From the NCBI GenBank assembly GCA_964482325.1, contig CAYZXD010000001.1:3461-67460 (forward strand): 64,000 nucleotides of DNA, written 5' to 3'. The first letter of the stretch is position 1, and each line of letters starts with the position of its first letter. A program made the translations under genes and the position numbers. Below the pieces are notes generated by a model. It worked only from the letters and a program-made list of their open reading frames with translations, ran no database searches and was not told the origin of the DNA. This stretch comes from an uncultured Spirochaetaceae bacterium (GTDB lineage Bacteria; Spirochaetota; Spirochaetia; Sphaerochaetales; Sphaerochaetaceae). This document shows positions 1 through 10,367 of this stretch, piece by piece.

Positions 1-1747
1 CTGTATTATCGCGGAATACCACAATGACTCCGTTAACGGTGCCAATCGGTCCCAGGATGGGGGACGCCGTCGCTTCCACCGCTATCAACCTCTCATCACG
101 GGTGTGAAGCGTTGCTTGTGCAGAGGCTTCTATCGTTTTCCGTTGAGAGATCGCTTCTGATACAATCGGTTCGCCTATAATATTCAGCACTTGAGAAATC
201 GGTAGGTGCATTGCTTGATCCTCTCGCCATCCGGTCAGCTGTTCTGCTGAGGAATTGAATAGGATGATTTTCCCTGATTCATCGGTTGATATTACTGCAT
301 CCCCGACTGATAACAGCGTGGTTTCCAATCGTCCCTTTTCTACCCAGAGTTGGTTCTGCAGTGCTTTTGCCTGGGTAATATCTTCGACTATGGCTGCTAG
401 TTTTCCCTTTTCAGGTACATAGGCAGAGAGTTTCAGCGATTTGCCATATTGATCCAGTGATAGCTCGAATACCTGCGGGGTTCCCCGGAGTGAGACCTCT
501 TTAAATTTACGTATCCACAAATCTGCACCAAGTGGTACGACTTCACGAATTCTTGCTCCCGTAAGTGCAAGAGTCGTTCTTCTCACGATGTGTGCAAACT
601 GAGCATTGACACTTTCAATGATAAAATCGGCCAAATTCCCCTGTTGATCTACCACTGATGTGAGTACCAACAACCCTTGATTCATCTGTTCTACCAGGGA
701 TCGATAGCTTGCTTCACTACGTCGCAATTCGGTTTCTGCTTTTTTTGTAGCCGTGATATCGGTATGGGTACCGTTCATACGAATGGGTCTTCCCTCAGGA
801 GACCATGCTATCACCTTGCCTCGATCCATAATCCAAACCCAATGGCCGTCACGGTGTTTCATTCTGAATTCCGCTTCATAGAATTCCTGTTTGCCTTGAA
901 GGGTCTCTTCAACTTTCTGATTCATCTGCTCAATGTCATCAGGATGAATAAATGATCTCCACGTGTCGTGTGGGAGGTTTCCTAATTCGTCTCGGGAATA
1001 GCCAATCATCTGTGCCCAGCGGTCATTGCATATTGAAGTTCCCGTAGTAAGGTCCCACTCCCAGGTCCCTGCACGAGTTGCCTCAATGACCCCTTTCATA
1101 CTTTCATTTGCAGCACGGATTGACTGTTCAGCAGTTTTTCGTCTCGCTTCAAAATCGTGAACCCAACGATTTCCACCGTAGGTCATCGCACCGAAGATGG
1201 TTAAAAGTAAACCATTCCCAATTATTAGGATGGTGTGGATCAAACGCGTCTTTTGATGAAAATCCTGTTGTAGCTGCATAAGGATTTCTTGTTCTGTTAC
1301 GATGGTCTGTTTCAACTGCTGTATAAGTTCTCCACTTCCGATTACCTCAGCATCTGAGAGACGGATCAGTTCAAACCAACGGGTAAAACCGTTTTGTATC
1401 TCTCGTAACTGCTCAAATCGTACATCCTGATCGTTAAGAGAGCGCATCAAGTCTGCAATCGTTGTCTGAAAGGCTAGAGCTGCATCATCTGCAGCGATGA
1501 CGTACTGGTCATGCTTAGTCATGGTATAGCGTAACTGGTTCAGTTCTACGGTGATAAGCTGTTTCTGAAGTTTTTCAAGTTGTCCGATTACCTCCTGTGC
1601 ACGACTATTTTCCTGAGCTGCTGCCTGAGTCTGCTTTGAGCTATACAGACCTAACCCCATGATGGAAAATACCATGATGGTTAGGACAACAAACGAGAGC
1701 AACAACTTTTTCGTGTCAGAAGAGCTTCGAGTTTTGATCTTTTTCAC
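1..1747 (-). CDS. Membrane-anchored CHASE3-like + multi-PAS sensor protein, 3'-truncated by the window edge (output domain not visible)
   Basis: Missing from the ORF track because it has no stop in the window. Manual translation from GTG at 1747 gives MKRSKLEALLDTKKLLLSFVVLTIMVFSIMGLGLY (TM), a helical periplasmic region, a second TM, PAS_3 (WEWDLTTG...RWAQMIGY...IHPDD...EFRMKHRDGHWVWIMDRG...GTHTDIT) and further PAS repeats ending ...SPILGPIGTVNGVIVVFRDNT at the edge. Confidence 0.85.
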   Translation of the reverse strand, partial: MKKIKTRSSSDTKKLLLSFVVLTIMVFSIMGLGLYSSKQTQAAAQENSRAQEVIGQLEKLQKQLITVELNQLRYTMTKHDQYVIAADDAALAFQTTIADLMRSLNDQDVRFEQLREIQNGFTRWFELIRLSDAEVIGSGELIQQLKQTIVTEQEILMQLQQDFHQKTRLIHTILIIGNGLLLTIFGAMTYGGNRWVHDFEARRKTAEQSIRAANESMKGVIEATRAGTWEWDLTTGTSICNDRWAQMIGYSRDELGNLPHDTWRSFIHPDDIEQMNQKVEETLQGKQEFYEAEFRMKHRDGHWVWIMDRGKVIAWSPEGRPIRMNGTHTDITATKKAETELRRSEASYRSLVEQMNQGLLVLTSVVDQQGNLADFIIESVNAQFAHIVRRTTLALTGARIREVVPLGADLWIRKFKEVSLRGTPQVFELSLDQYGKSLKLSAYVPEKGKLAAIVEDITQAKALQNQLWVEKGRLETTLLSVGDAVISTDESGKIILFNSSAEQLTGWREDQAMHLPISQVLNIIGEPIVSEAISQRKTIEASAQATLHTRDERLIAVEATASPILGPIGTVNGVIVVFRDNT

Positions 1748-1895
1748 TGGAGCCTCAACAGTTTTGCGTACTATCGTCGTTATAGTATATGAGTTGAGAA
1801 AATGCAAGGAAAAATGTAGGAAGTTGTTGTATAAGTACTCGATAAGAGTTGAAATAAATCAGATAATGACATGTACTTATCTGCAGGAGCACTTG

Positions 1896-2273
1896 ATGAG
1901 AAAACGTCATAAGTTACTGTGGCGGCCTCGGTACATTCTCCTTGCAGTATCTCTGATCTATGCAGGGTTTCTCATACTGTTGGGAATTGATGTCTTCTCG
2001 ACTGAACCCATCACACTGGCTCAGATATCAGCCTTTGTGATACATAGCATCCCTGGCTTATTGGTTGCACTCAGTGCCATGATCGGATTGCATCGACCGC
2101 TGTGGGGAGCTTTCGGATATGCAGGGATCACCATAGCCTTCTGGTTGTTTTTTCATACGGGCAGGGATATCATAGCCATATTGGTGGTTCATGGGTTCCC
2201 CATCACTCTTACATTTCTTTATGGTTTACGATGGGTACGTTCACGGAAAAGCCGGGAGGATACTGATGCTTAA
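1896..2273 (+). CDS. Small multi-pass membrane protein of unknown function
   Basis: Start moved to ATG 1896 (AGGAG RBS upstream); the 1659 extension overlaps the real minus-strand gene. About 4 hydrophobic segments; overlaps the next gene by 8 nt. Confidence 0.75.
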   Translation: MRKRHKLLWRPRYILLAVSLIYAGFLILLGIDVFSTEPITLAQISAFVIHSIPGLLVALSAMIGLHRPLWGAFGYAGITIAFWLFFHTGRDIIAILVVHGFPITLTFLYGLRWVRSRKSREDTDA

Positions 2274-2664
2274 AAAGCGCTATATAGTTTTACTGGTGCT
2301 TGTTCTGCTCATTGTTGCAGGTAGTATCATGATGTGGGTGTTTACCCAACGTGTACAGCAGGGATTAGAGCAGCTTTCTGCAATGACGATCACTGATCCT
2401 GATCTTACCCAATTGTCTGATGGAGTATATCGAGGCGAGTACGCAGCTTTTCCGGTGAAAGTAGTTGTTGACGTGACGGTTCGAGATCATAGTATTACCG
2501 ACATCACCCTGATCGAGCACCGGCAAGGACAAGGTAAAGATGCCGAGGCTTTGGTTCCCCGGATAGTACAGGAACAGCGAGTAACGCTCGATGTGGTCAG
2601 TGGTGCTACCTACAGCAGTCTGGTGATATTAAAAGCTGTAGAAAATGCACTTCATGAGTTATAG
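2266..2664 (+). CDS. Membrane-anchored FMN-binding (flavinylation target) protein
   Basis: GGGAGG RBS, ATG 2266, N-terminal TM anchor, FMN_bind motif DVVSGATYSS. Confidence 0.85.
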   Translation: MLKKRYIVLLVLVLLIVAGSIMMWVFTQRVQQGLEQLSAMTITDPDLTQLSDGVYRGEYAAFPVKVVVDVTVRDHSITDITLIEHRQGQGKDAEALVPRIVQEQRVTLDVVSGATYSSLVILKAVENALHEL

Positions 2665-3069
2665 TAACTTTTTTGCAAACTCGATAGCCGCAGTATAATC
2701 CTGTTGGTTCGGATGTCCCCATCCATAGATGAGAAAACTTCCCCAGCAGACCACTTCCTCCGTTGCTACCTCTATCCCTTTTGCTACTAAAGCTGCACGG
2801 ACCTCTTTCTGAAAGAATTTCCGACTTGCACAGGAGGTGATCAGAGCAGCCTGCTTAACGTGCTGGGCATCAAGTGATTCGGCAAAAGCAATTAGATCAG
2901 GATTACTCTTCCCTCCATAGATGCCGCCGACAATAAACAATAGATCAACAGGAGGAATATTCGGCTCTTCTTTGAGGTCTACTGCCTTGATATCGAGTGT
3001 CTGAGCCATTGCGTTGGCAATTTTCCGGCTGTGACCGGTTTTTGTCCGATAGACTATGATACTATTCAT
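2659..3069 (-). CDS. Flavodoxin-family protein
   Basis: IVYRTKTGHSRKIA phosphate-binding loop; start moved to ATG 3069. Confidence 0.8.
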   Translation of the reverse strand: MNSIIVYRTKTGHSRKIANAMAQTLDIKAVDLKEEPNIPPVDLLFIVGGIYGGKSNPDLIAFAESLDAQHVKQAALITSCASRKFFQKEVRAALVAKGIEVATEEVVCWGSFLIYGWGHPNQQDYTAAIEFAKKLL

Positions 3070-3179
3070 GATCGAAAGTATAGTGGGAGAGTAGGGAATC
3101 TGCAACTATTTCCTGATATCAGCTACTTGTTCAGTACTGCTCCTTGGGTGCATACTGGGTTTAGTGTTCAGGGGGAGTC

Positions 3180-3974
3180 ATGATGCATGATCAAAAATTA
3201 ACCGAGCGACTCGAGGCCGCAAAACTAATTGCACAGAAGGCAGGAGCCTTCCTGTTGGAAAGTCGGAAAGGAAATCTGGAAATTACGGCAAAGGGAGTTA
3301 ATGATTTCGTCACGGTGGTGGATGTACAGTCAGAACGGATGATTAAAGAGTATCTACATGACTGTTTTCCCGAAGATAATTTCCTCGGTGAAGAGATGGG
3401 CTATGAATCATACGGTGACGGGGGCACGTGGATCATTGATCCGATCGACGGTACCACCAACTACATTCACGGGCTTCCCGGTTTTTCAATCAGTATCGCT
3501 TATGAAATGTCTCAGTGGGATCCGATAGTCGGAGTTGTGTATGATCCTATCACTGATGAGCTCTATAGTGCGCAGCGGGGGAAAGGTGCCCACTGCAACG
3601 GTGTTCCCATTGCTGTTTCCCATATCGAAGAGCCTCATGATACGGCAATTATGATCAGTCCACCTTTGCGATTCCGTTATCGGCTTCCGGCATTCATGAC
3701 GGTGTATCAGGCTGTATGTGCCGATTCAGGAGAGACGCGCGATTATGGTTCAGCTGCTCTGCATCTCTGCTACATAGCGCATGGGCGTGGTGAAGCATTC
3801 ATTGAATTTGGTCTTGGATATCATGATATTGCTGCAGGTACGGTAATACTGAAAGAATCGGGAGGTCAGATCTCACAACTGAATCTTCTGGACGTGCAGC
3901 CGTTTACCAGCAGCCTCATAGCAACCAATGCCGTGATGCATGCCTATTTTGTCAGTAAGGTGCAGATTAGCTGA
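3180..3974 (+). CDS. suhB: Inositol monophosphatase family protein
   Basis: DFVTVVD, FLGEE, WIIDPIDGTTNY, GSAALHLCYIA and DIAAG motifs. Confidence 0.9.
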   Translation: MMHDQKLTERLEAAKLIAQKAGAFLLESRKGNLEITAKGVNDFVTVVDVQSERMIKEYLHDCFPEDNFLGEEMGYESYGDGGTWIIDPIDGTTNYIHGLPGFSISIAYEMSQWDPIVGVVYDPITDELYSAQRGKGAHCNGVPIAVSHIEEPHDTAIMISPPLRFRYRLPAFMTVYQAVCADSGETRDYGSAALHLCYIAHGRGEAFIEFGLGYHDIAAGTVILKESGGQISQLNLLDVQPFTSSLIATNAVMHAYFVSKVQIS

Positions 3975-3975
3975 A

Positions 3976-4803
3976 TCAACACTTATACCAGATATGCATA
4001 CTCTCAATGGTTCCTGCAATCTGTGTGTTATTTCTCAGTCTTCCTCCGAAGGTGTATCCACTTTTTGCAAATGTACAGTTCATTCCCGGTGAAACTGCAC
4101 GGGCAATGGTGTACAACGTGTTGATCCCTCTGCTGCGGACTTCCTGTTCGAGGAAGGAAAGAAGCTGCGATGCGTAACCGTTTCCCCGGTAGGGTGGCAA
4201 GGTGGCGAAGTCGGTCATTTCCGCATACTGTGCATGCGGTGCGAAATTGCATTCTGCTGAAGCTAGGGCAACAAGGGTCTCTTCTTCCCAGAGACCTGCA
4301 TACACCGTTCCCTCCTGCATTGAGGTGATAATAAATGAGGGATCATCGATAGGAAACGGGTAGGAATCAAAAACCGTACGATACAACTCTGCCATAGCCT
4401 CAGCATCGCCAGGGGTGCAGAGGCGCATAGGGTGGGATTTAAAAGAACCTGGTGCAATGACTTTTGATTGTGCGAGAGCCGCCACTTCATCATATTGCTG
4501 AGCAAGTTCCTCTACGCGCCTTCTCTTATCGAGAAAGAGGCCGAGAAAATGTCCATCGGTGGTCCCCCGATACAACTGGGGGACTATCGCTTCTATCTCA
4601 AAACCCGCCGCAACAAACTCCGCACTTTCAGTACACGGTACCTTAGCGAATATTTTTGTGTATCCGTTTTGCTCGGCTAGCTGCAGCAGCCCGGGAACCA
4701 GTTCTGCTGCTACAGCATGCTCCATATCCATCAGGTAGATACGATTACTAGCAGGTCCATGTTGGATCAATGCACCGTACATTCTTTCACTTACATCAGG
4801 CAT
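3976..4803 (-). CDS. ablB: Beta-lysine N-epsilon-acetyltransferase (GNAT)
   Basis: [13 protein letters not shown]-terminus, [40 protein letters not shown]; ATG 4803 overlaps the ablA stop. Confidence 0.88.
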   Translation of the reverse strand: MPDVSERMYGALIQHGPASNRIYLMDMEHAVAAELVPGLLQLAEQNGYTKIFAKVPCTESAEFVAAGFEIEAIVPQLYRGTTDGHFLGLFLDKRRRVEELAQQYDEVAALAQSKVIAPGSFKSHPMRLCTPGDAEAMAELYRTVFDSYPFPIDDPSFIITSMQEGTVYAGLWEEETLVALASAECNFAPHAQYAEMTDFATLPPYRGNGYASQLLSFLEQEVRSRGINTLYTIARAVSPGMNCTFAKSGYTFGGRLRNNTQIAGTIESMHIWYKC

Positions 4804-6121
4804 CGTCCTGACTCTCCATATATGCTTCTGTTGCACTGACATACCCTTCTGGCGTCAGAGAGAAACTGTCATCATAGTCGCACAGGAGTTTTTCGATACC
4901 ATGTGCCTTATATTCATCAGAGTCTGCCATTTTCAGTTCCAGTGAACAGTTGTCACAGTCGCGATCACAGGCAATGGAGCGGTAATTATCAGGTTCGCGA
5001 TACGTCGTGATCACTCCCTCGAAGTTTCTGAGAATCACTTTATTGGTTGACCAGGAGAGCAGATAATTCGGTCCTACCGGAATTTTCCCTCCACCTCCTG
5101 GAGCATCGATCACATACGTGGGAACAGCGAATCCGCTGGTATGACCCCGGAGGCTTTCCATAATCTCGATTCCCTTTCCCACCGAAGTTCTGAAATGGGT
5201 AAGCCCCTCAGATAAATCACATTGATAGAGGTAATACGGACGTACACGACTATAGGTGAGCTTTTGCACCAGCTTTTTCATAATCCGTGGACAGTCGTTG
5301 ACATCATTGAGCAACACTGACTGATTTCCTAATGGAATACCAGCATCAGCGAGCATGTTGATAGCTTTCCGTGATGACTGGGTGAGTTCCCGTGGATGAT
5401 TGAATTGTGTATTCAGCCACAACGGATGATATTTTTTCAACATGGAAACCAGTTTCTCGGTGACCCGATAGGGGAGGACAACCGGAATTCTCGATCCGAT
5501 TCTGATAATCTCGACATGTTCGATTTTCCGTAATTCAGACAGGATCCACTCAAGGTAATCATCGGAGAGCATCAGCGGATCACCACCGCTGAGCAGTACA
5601 TCGCGTACCTGTGGAGTGTTACGAATATACTCAAGCCCCTTTTCTATCTGTTCACGGTTGGGGATACTGTCGACATCTCCCACTTTTCGTTTACGTGTAC
5701 AATGACGGCAGTACATCGCACAGGTATTACTGATCAAAAAGAGGACACGATCAGGATAACGATGAGTGATTCCATCTACGGGGCTATCACCATCTTCATG
5801 TAATGGATCTTCCATATCATGTTCAGCAATATCGAGTTCACGTATATCGGGAAATGATTGCTTGAAAATGGGGTCATCTTCGATACACGTCGTATCGATA
5901 AGGGAAAGATAATAGGGAGTGATCGACATGGGGAACTTATTGATGGTTGCAGTAATATCCTTCCGCTTTTCTTCTGGGAATGTGTAGCCCAGCAGCTTTT
6001 CAAAGGTATCAACATCCTTGACACAATGCTTTAACTGCCATTTCCAATCACGCCAGCGATCCACACTGACATCGTTTTCGAAGCGATCGATTATTTGCTG
6101 TTCTGATTCCGTGAATGACAT
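4796..6121 (-). CDS. ablA: Lysine 2,3-aminomutase (radical SAM, PLP)
   Basis: [25 protein letters not shown] (CxxxCxxC), [18 protein letters not shown]; adjacent to ablB. Confidence 0.95.
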   Translation of the reverse strand: MSFTESEQQIIDRFENDVSVDRWRDWKWQLKHCVKDVDTFEKLLGYTFPEEKRKDITATINKFPMSITPYYLSLIDTTCIEDDPIFKQSFPDIRELDIAEHDMEDPLHEDGDSPVDGITHRYPDRVLFLISNTCAMYCRHCTRKRKVGDVDSIPNREQIEKGLEYIRNTPQVRDVLLSGGDPLMLSDDYLEWILSELRKIEHVEIIRIGSRIPVVLPYRVTEKLVSMLKKYHPLWLNTQFNHPRELTQSSRKAINMLADAGIPLGNQSVLLNDVNDCPRIMKKLVQKLTYSRVRPYYLYQCDLSEGLTHFRTSVGKGIEIMESLRGHTSGFAVPTYVIDAPGGGGKIPVGPNYLLSWSTNKVILRNFEGVITTYREPDNYRSIACDRDCDNCSLELKMADSDEYKAHGIEKLLCDYDDSFSLTPEGYVSATEAYMESQDDA

Positions 6122-6269
6122 ACATTATCCTTAGATATACTCCCTCAAAGGGACAGAAAACTGTACCGTGGTGAACTGATTCTGCACTCGCACAAAAATG
6201 CCCACAGAGGGTCTGTGTTCGAATGATTGCTCACATCATTTAGCAATTATTCTTTCATTGAATAATGTA

Positions 6270-6298
6270 ATTATAACATGTATATGGAATAACTGCAA
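6270..6298 (-). promoter_or_regulatory. Sigma70-type promoter of ablAB
   Basis: Minus strand TTGCAG-N17-TATAAT with an extended -10 TG. Confidence 0.65.
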
Positions 6299-6431
6299 TG
6301 ACCACTAAAAGGCACAGGTATATCGTTGCGATCAGACACAACCGAAATGCCACTATATTGTTGCGCTTTCTTGAGATGAATACCCTTATAAAGACAAGGG
6401 AACAGCTGAGAAGTTGAGCAGACGGTAACCG

Positions 6432-6462
6432 GAAAAATTCGGCAGGAGATAACCTCCTGCCG
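6432..6462 (-). terminator. Intrinsic terminator after catalase
   Basis: 9-bp stem CGGCAGGAG/CTCCTGCCG (6440-6462) followed by AATTTTTCC on the minus strand. Confidence 0.8.
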
Positions 6463-6469
6463 TGAATAA

Positions 6470-7990
6470 TTAAGCTCTTGCTCCGTACGTATTTTCCATA
6501 TCTACAGTAGCGATATCGATACCAAGTACCTCTGCCACGCCTTTCCCATAGGCCGGATCAGCAAGATAGCAGTGTCTGATGTGCCGTTTCTGCACCAACT
6601 CCGTGGTGCCCTGCATATTCCGGGCAGTATTGGCAAACAATCGCTGCTGCTCATCTGATTTCATGATATTAAACAGTGCACCCGCCTGTTCGTAGTAGTG
6701 ATCGTCATCCTCTCTGAAATCATAGGTGTCAATGGGACCCTGGCCATCATAGGCTGGTTCAGCCAGCTCCGGCTGGTCTTTCCACATGCCATAGGAGTTG
6801 GGATTGTAATGGACGGAACCACCGAAATTCCCGTCTACACGCATCATGCCATCTCGATGGAAGTGGTGAGTCTCCACTTTACTCTTATTTACCGGTATCT
6901 GATAATGGTTGACCCCAAGACGATACCGTTGTGCATCGCCATAGGCGAACAGCCGGCCTTGCAGCATTCGATCAGGCGAATAGCCAATTCCCGGAACACT
7001 GTTTGCCGGATTGAAAGCCGCCTGTTCAACATCCATAAAGTAATTATCGGGATTACGGTTCAATTCAACAAATCCCACTTCATGCAAAGGGTAATCATCG
7101 TGGTACCATACTTTAGTCAGATCAAAGGGATTGTCAGGATGGGTAAGTGCCTGTTCTTCAGTCATAATCTGGACATACATCGTCCACTTGGGGAAATTGC
7201 CCTGCTCAATTGCCTGAAAGAGATCCTTCTGGTGTGATTCCCGATCTCTTCCTACAAGCTCTTCAGCCTCGGCATCCGTCAGATAGTCTATTCCCTGCTG
7301 CGTTTTTAAAGTAAATTTTACCCAGAATCGCTGATTATCGGCATTGATCAGTGAATAGGTATGTGACCCATAGCCATTCATATGGCGATAGCTTTTTGGA
7401 ATTCCTCGATCGCCCATGGTTATGGTTATCTGATGCAGTGCCTCCGGAAGTGCAGACCAGAAATCCCAATTGTTCTGAGCTGATCGCATATTGGTTCTCG
7501 GATCGCGTTTTACTGCATGATTGAGATCGGGAAACAGCATGGGGTCTCTAAAGAAGAACACAGGAGTATTATTTCCCACCAGATCCCAGTTTCCCTCATC
7601 AGTATAGAACTTCATGGCAAACCCGCGGATATCGCGTTCCGCATCGGCTGCCCCCCGTTCTCCGGCAACGGTGGAGAAACGGATAAACATATCGGTTTTC
7701 TTTCCTACCTCAGCAAACAGACTGGCTTTTGTCCATCTGGTGATATCATGGGTTACGGTAAAGGTTCCGAAAGCCCCGGATCCTTTTGCATGCATACGCC
7801 GTTCGGGAATGACTTCCCGATCGAAGTGGCTCATTTTTTCCAGATACCATGCATCCTGCATCATCACGCCGCCACGGCGACCAGCAGTCTGAATATTTTC
7901 ATTATGTGCGATAGGGCGTCCGCTAATGGACGTCAACGGTTTCTTTTCAGTGGAATCTCTTCCGTCTCTATCTACCTTGTCATGTGCCAT
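6470..7990 (-). CDS. katA: Monofunctional heme catalase, small-subunit type
   Basis: [15 protein letters not shown] (distal His), [25 protein letters not shown] (proximal Tyr); GGAGG RBS supports ATG 7990. Confidence 0.96.
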   Translation of the reverse strand: MAHDKVDRDGRDSTEKKPLTSISGRPIAHNENIQTAGRRGGVMMQDAWYLEKMSHFDREVIPERRMHAKGSGAFGTFTVTHDITRWTKASLFAEVGKKTDMFIRFSTVAGERGAADAERDIRGFAMKFYTDEGNWDLVGNNTPVFFFRDPMLFPDLNHAVKRDPRTNMRSAQNNWDFWSALPEALHQITITMGDRGIPKSYRHMNGYGSHTYSLINADNQRFWVKFTLKTQQGIDYLTDAEAEELVGRDRESHQKDLFQAIEQGNFPKWTMYVQIMTEEQALTHPDNPFDLTKVWYHDDYPLHEVGFVELNRNPDNYFMDVEQAAFNPANSVPGIGYSPDRMLQGRLFAYGDAQRYRLGVNHYQIPVNKSKVETHHFHRDGMMRVDGNFGGSVHYNPNSYGMWKDQPELAEPAYDGQGPIDTYDFREDDDHYYEQAGALFNIMKSDEQQRLFANTARNMQGTTELVQKRHIRHCYLADPAYGKGVAEVLGIDIATVDMENTYGARA

Positions 7991-8084
7991 AATCACCTCC
8001 CGATGGTTTGTGCAGTATGACATATTCTGAACAGATTTCAAGTCTGAAATATATTTAAGAGGAATAGGAGGTTATGACGGTTGT

Positions 8085-9233
8085 TCACGTAGATACGGTT
8101 TCTGTCGTAGAGACCTGGAAGGGGCTCTCCTGTGCCGCGTACAGTTTTTGTGTGGGATAGGCAAACTCGATCCCCTTTTCATTGAAAGTGCGGAATATAT
8201 TCCGGTAGATTTCCTGCTGAACATCCATATACACCACATAATCGGGTGACGGGACATAGTAAACCGTCTCGAAATTCAGTGCATATGCACCGAATGATTG
8301 GAAGTGAGAGCGATCACAGACCACGCCCTCAATGGTTGTTACCGAGTTGATGATTGATCTGATCAGAGAAGGGATTTCCTCCACATGTTCCTGCGTTGTT
8401 TCATAGGTGACTCCAACGGAGAATACTACGCGCCGACGGGTCATCTGTTTATAGTTATGGATACGTGAGGCAATCAGATCAGAGTTCGAAATAATCAGTA
8501 CCTCACCACTGAGGACACGAATTCTACTCGATTTAATGCCGATTTTTTCCACCACTCCGGCTTTATCGCCAAAGACTACAAAATCTCCGAGTTCAAATGG
8601 TTTGTCCATGAATATGACAAAATAACTGAAGAGGTCTCCCAGTATGCCCTGAGCTGCTATAGCTACAGCAATACCACCAACGCCAAGTCCAGCAAGAGCC
8701 GTTGAAACATCCAGTCCAAGATTAGCCAGAAGGAATATTGCCCCAACGATCCACAGTAAAAATTTTATCAGCGACAACAATGGTTTGAGGTTCTTTTCCT
8801 GATCATGATTACTGTCTTCCCGTTCAAAGTGTCGGGAAAAAGCCAGTTCTATTCCCTTATTCACCGATCGCACGATGATGAAAGTCATGATAATGGCAAA
8901 GATTGCCTGTACGGTTTTCTCTATGCGCGTATCAAATGCAACGATTTGCACAGCAATGGATAGTATCCCCAAAAAAGCAAGTGGCACGGCAATGCGCTGA
9001 AAAAACCTGAGTAATCCAAGCGATTTTCCTTTGCTTTCCGGTGCCCCCTCCTCCCGTTTGCTCTCACGAATGCGAATGCGTTTTTTCAGGATATGGTTGA
9101 TAGGTGTCAAAACCAGTAGCCCAATAATTACCAGCAGAATTGCCTGCATGTACAGGTGGGTGTTGGGTCCGAGGAAATGATTGAATGCGAGTATAGATTC
9201 CATATGCTCATGATACTGAGTTTTATCAGACAA
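8085..9233 (-). CDS. mscS: Small-conductance mechanosensitive channel (MscS family)
   Basis: AGLGVGGIAVAIAAQGILGDLFS, KPFELGDFV, GVVEKIGIKSSRIR; start uncertain (TTG 9233 or ATG 9203). Confidence 0.92.
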   Translation of the reverse strand: MSDKTQYHEHMESILAFNHFLGPNTHLYMQAILLVIIGLLVLTPINHILKKRIRIRESKREEGAPESKGKSLGLLRFFQRIAVPLAFLGILSIAVQIVAFDTRIEKTVQAIFAIIMTFIIVRSVNKGIELAFSRHFEREDSNHDQEKNLKPLLSLIKFLLWIVGAIFLLANLGLDVSTALAGLGVGGIAVAIAAQGILGDLFSYFVIFMDKPFELGDFVVFGDKAGVVEKIGIKSSRIRVLSGEVLIISNSDLIASRIHNYKQMTRRRVVFSVGVTYETTQEHVEEIPSLIRSIINSVTTIEGVVCDRSHFQSFGAYALNFETVYYVPSPDYVVYMDVQQEIYRNIFRTFNEKGIEFAYPTQKLYAAQESPFQVSTTETVST

Positions 9234-9279
9234 GGCAAATCAAACCATGTCCTTTCGCCTGGGATTTTCCTATTTAACG

Positions 9280-9309
9280 TTGCCAAAGTGTTACTACTCC
9301 CCCTATAAT
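9280..9309 (+). promoter_or_regulatory. Sigma70 promoter placing +1 at the ATG (probable leaderless mRNA)
   Basis: TTGCCA(9280-85)-N18-TATAAT(9304-09)-N6-ATG(9316); no Shine-Dalgarno. Confidence 0.65.
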
Positions 9310-9315
9310 CCGCTC

Positions 9316-10356
9316 ATGAAGAGTTATCTTGAAGTTATTGAACAGAGGCTGCAGCAGTTGCTCCCACAGCAGGTCGATCCGCAGTGGGTGTCAATGCTTC
9401 TCTCCAGTCAGGAAAATGTGACGGATGTCAGTGTCTTTGATGCAATCTGCGCCCCCGCGCGGGACCTTGTCTATAGCGGGGGGAAACGATGGCGACCGCT
9501 ATTCATGCTTCTTACCGCCAGGATGCTTGGTGGTCAGGAGGCAGGTGAGCGGGCTCTGCATCTTGTGGCTCTCGTAGAACTCCCGCATAACGGCAGTTTG
9601 ATCATCGATGATATCGAAGATGGAGCTGATATGCGCCGAGGCAACCCTTCCGTGCATATCACTCATGGTATCGATAGTGCTATTAATGCGGGGAACTTTC
9701 TCTACTATCTGCCGACCATTGCATTGGACCGGCTGGATGTTTCTCCGGAGGTGCGGCTTCGTCTCTATCAGATTTATGCAAACTATATGCGCAAGATTCA
9801 TCTAGGGCAGGGGATGGATATCACGTGGCACAATCAACAGAATGTGCTGCCTGATGTTGCTTCTTATGAATTGATGTGTCGGTTGAAAACCGGATGTCTT
9901 GCAGCTATGGGATGTGAACTCGGAGCTGCCGTTGCCACCGATGATGAACAGGTCATCGCACAATCCGGAGCAATTGCAGAGACTGCCGGGTTGGGATTTC
10001 AGATCATTGATGATGTGTTGAATTTAGAAAAAGGTAATCCGGGAAAATTGCGTGGAGATGATATTGTTGAGAATAAAAAAAGTCTTCCCATCATCCTTTA
10101 TGCTGAAGCTTGCCCCGATAAGCGCGAAGAGCTGTTCACTACGTTTCATCTGGCGCAACGGGACGGTTATGCTGCCAGTGAAAAAGCTATTCTGCATCTC
10201 ATTGATGATATAGAACGCTCAGGAGTACTTGCACAAGCCCGTAGCTATGCAAGCGGACTCTTCGATCAGGTGACATCCATGACCGAGCAATTGTACCCAC
10301 CCTCAGCTGATCGTGATCAGTTTCTCGCCATGATTGAGGGATTCAGACAAGCATAG
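9316..10356 (+). CDS. Polyprenyl diphosphate synthase (GGPP synthase-like)
   Basis: GGKRWRP, FARM HNGSLIIDDIEDGADMRRG, GQGMDI, KTG, SARM FQIIDDVL. Confidence 0.9.
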   Translation: MKSYLEVIEQRLQQLLPQQVDPQWVSMLLSSQENVTDVSVFDAICAPARDLVYSGGKRWRPLFMLLTARMLGGQEAGERALHLVALVELPHNGSLIIDDIEDGADMRRGNPSVHITHGIDSAINAGNFLYYLPTIALDRLDVSPEVRLRLYQIYANYMRKIHLGQGMDITWHNQQNVLPDVASYELMCRLKTGCLAAMGCELGAAVATDDEQVIAQSGAIAETAGLGFQIIDDVLNLEKGNPGKLRGDDIVENKKSLPIILYAEACPDKREELFTTFHLAQRDGYAASEKAILHLIDDIERSGVLAQARSYASGLFDQVTSMTEQLYPPSADRDQFLAMIEGFRQA

Positions 10357-10367
10357 GGGAGTCTAAG

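Noticed and set aside
677-955. 92-aa plus ORF, and the many other short ORFs nested antisense or out of frame in motif-bearing genes (e.g. 6698-7237, 35358-36215, 46052-46768, 59372-60109)
   Set aside because: Shadow frames of well-supported genes, with no motifs or RBS
1659-1895. N-terminal extension of the 204-aa plus-strand ORF
   Set aside because: It overlaps the start of the genuine minus-strand sensor gene; an RBS supports ATG 1896
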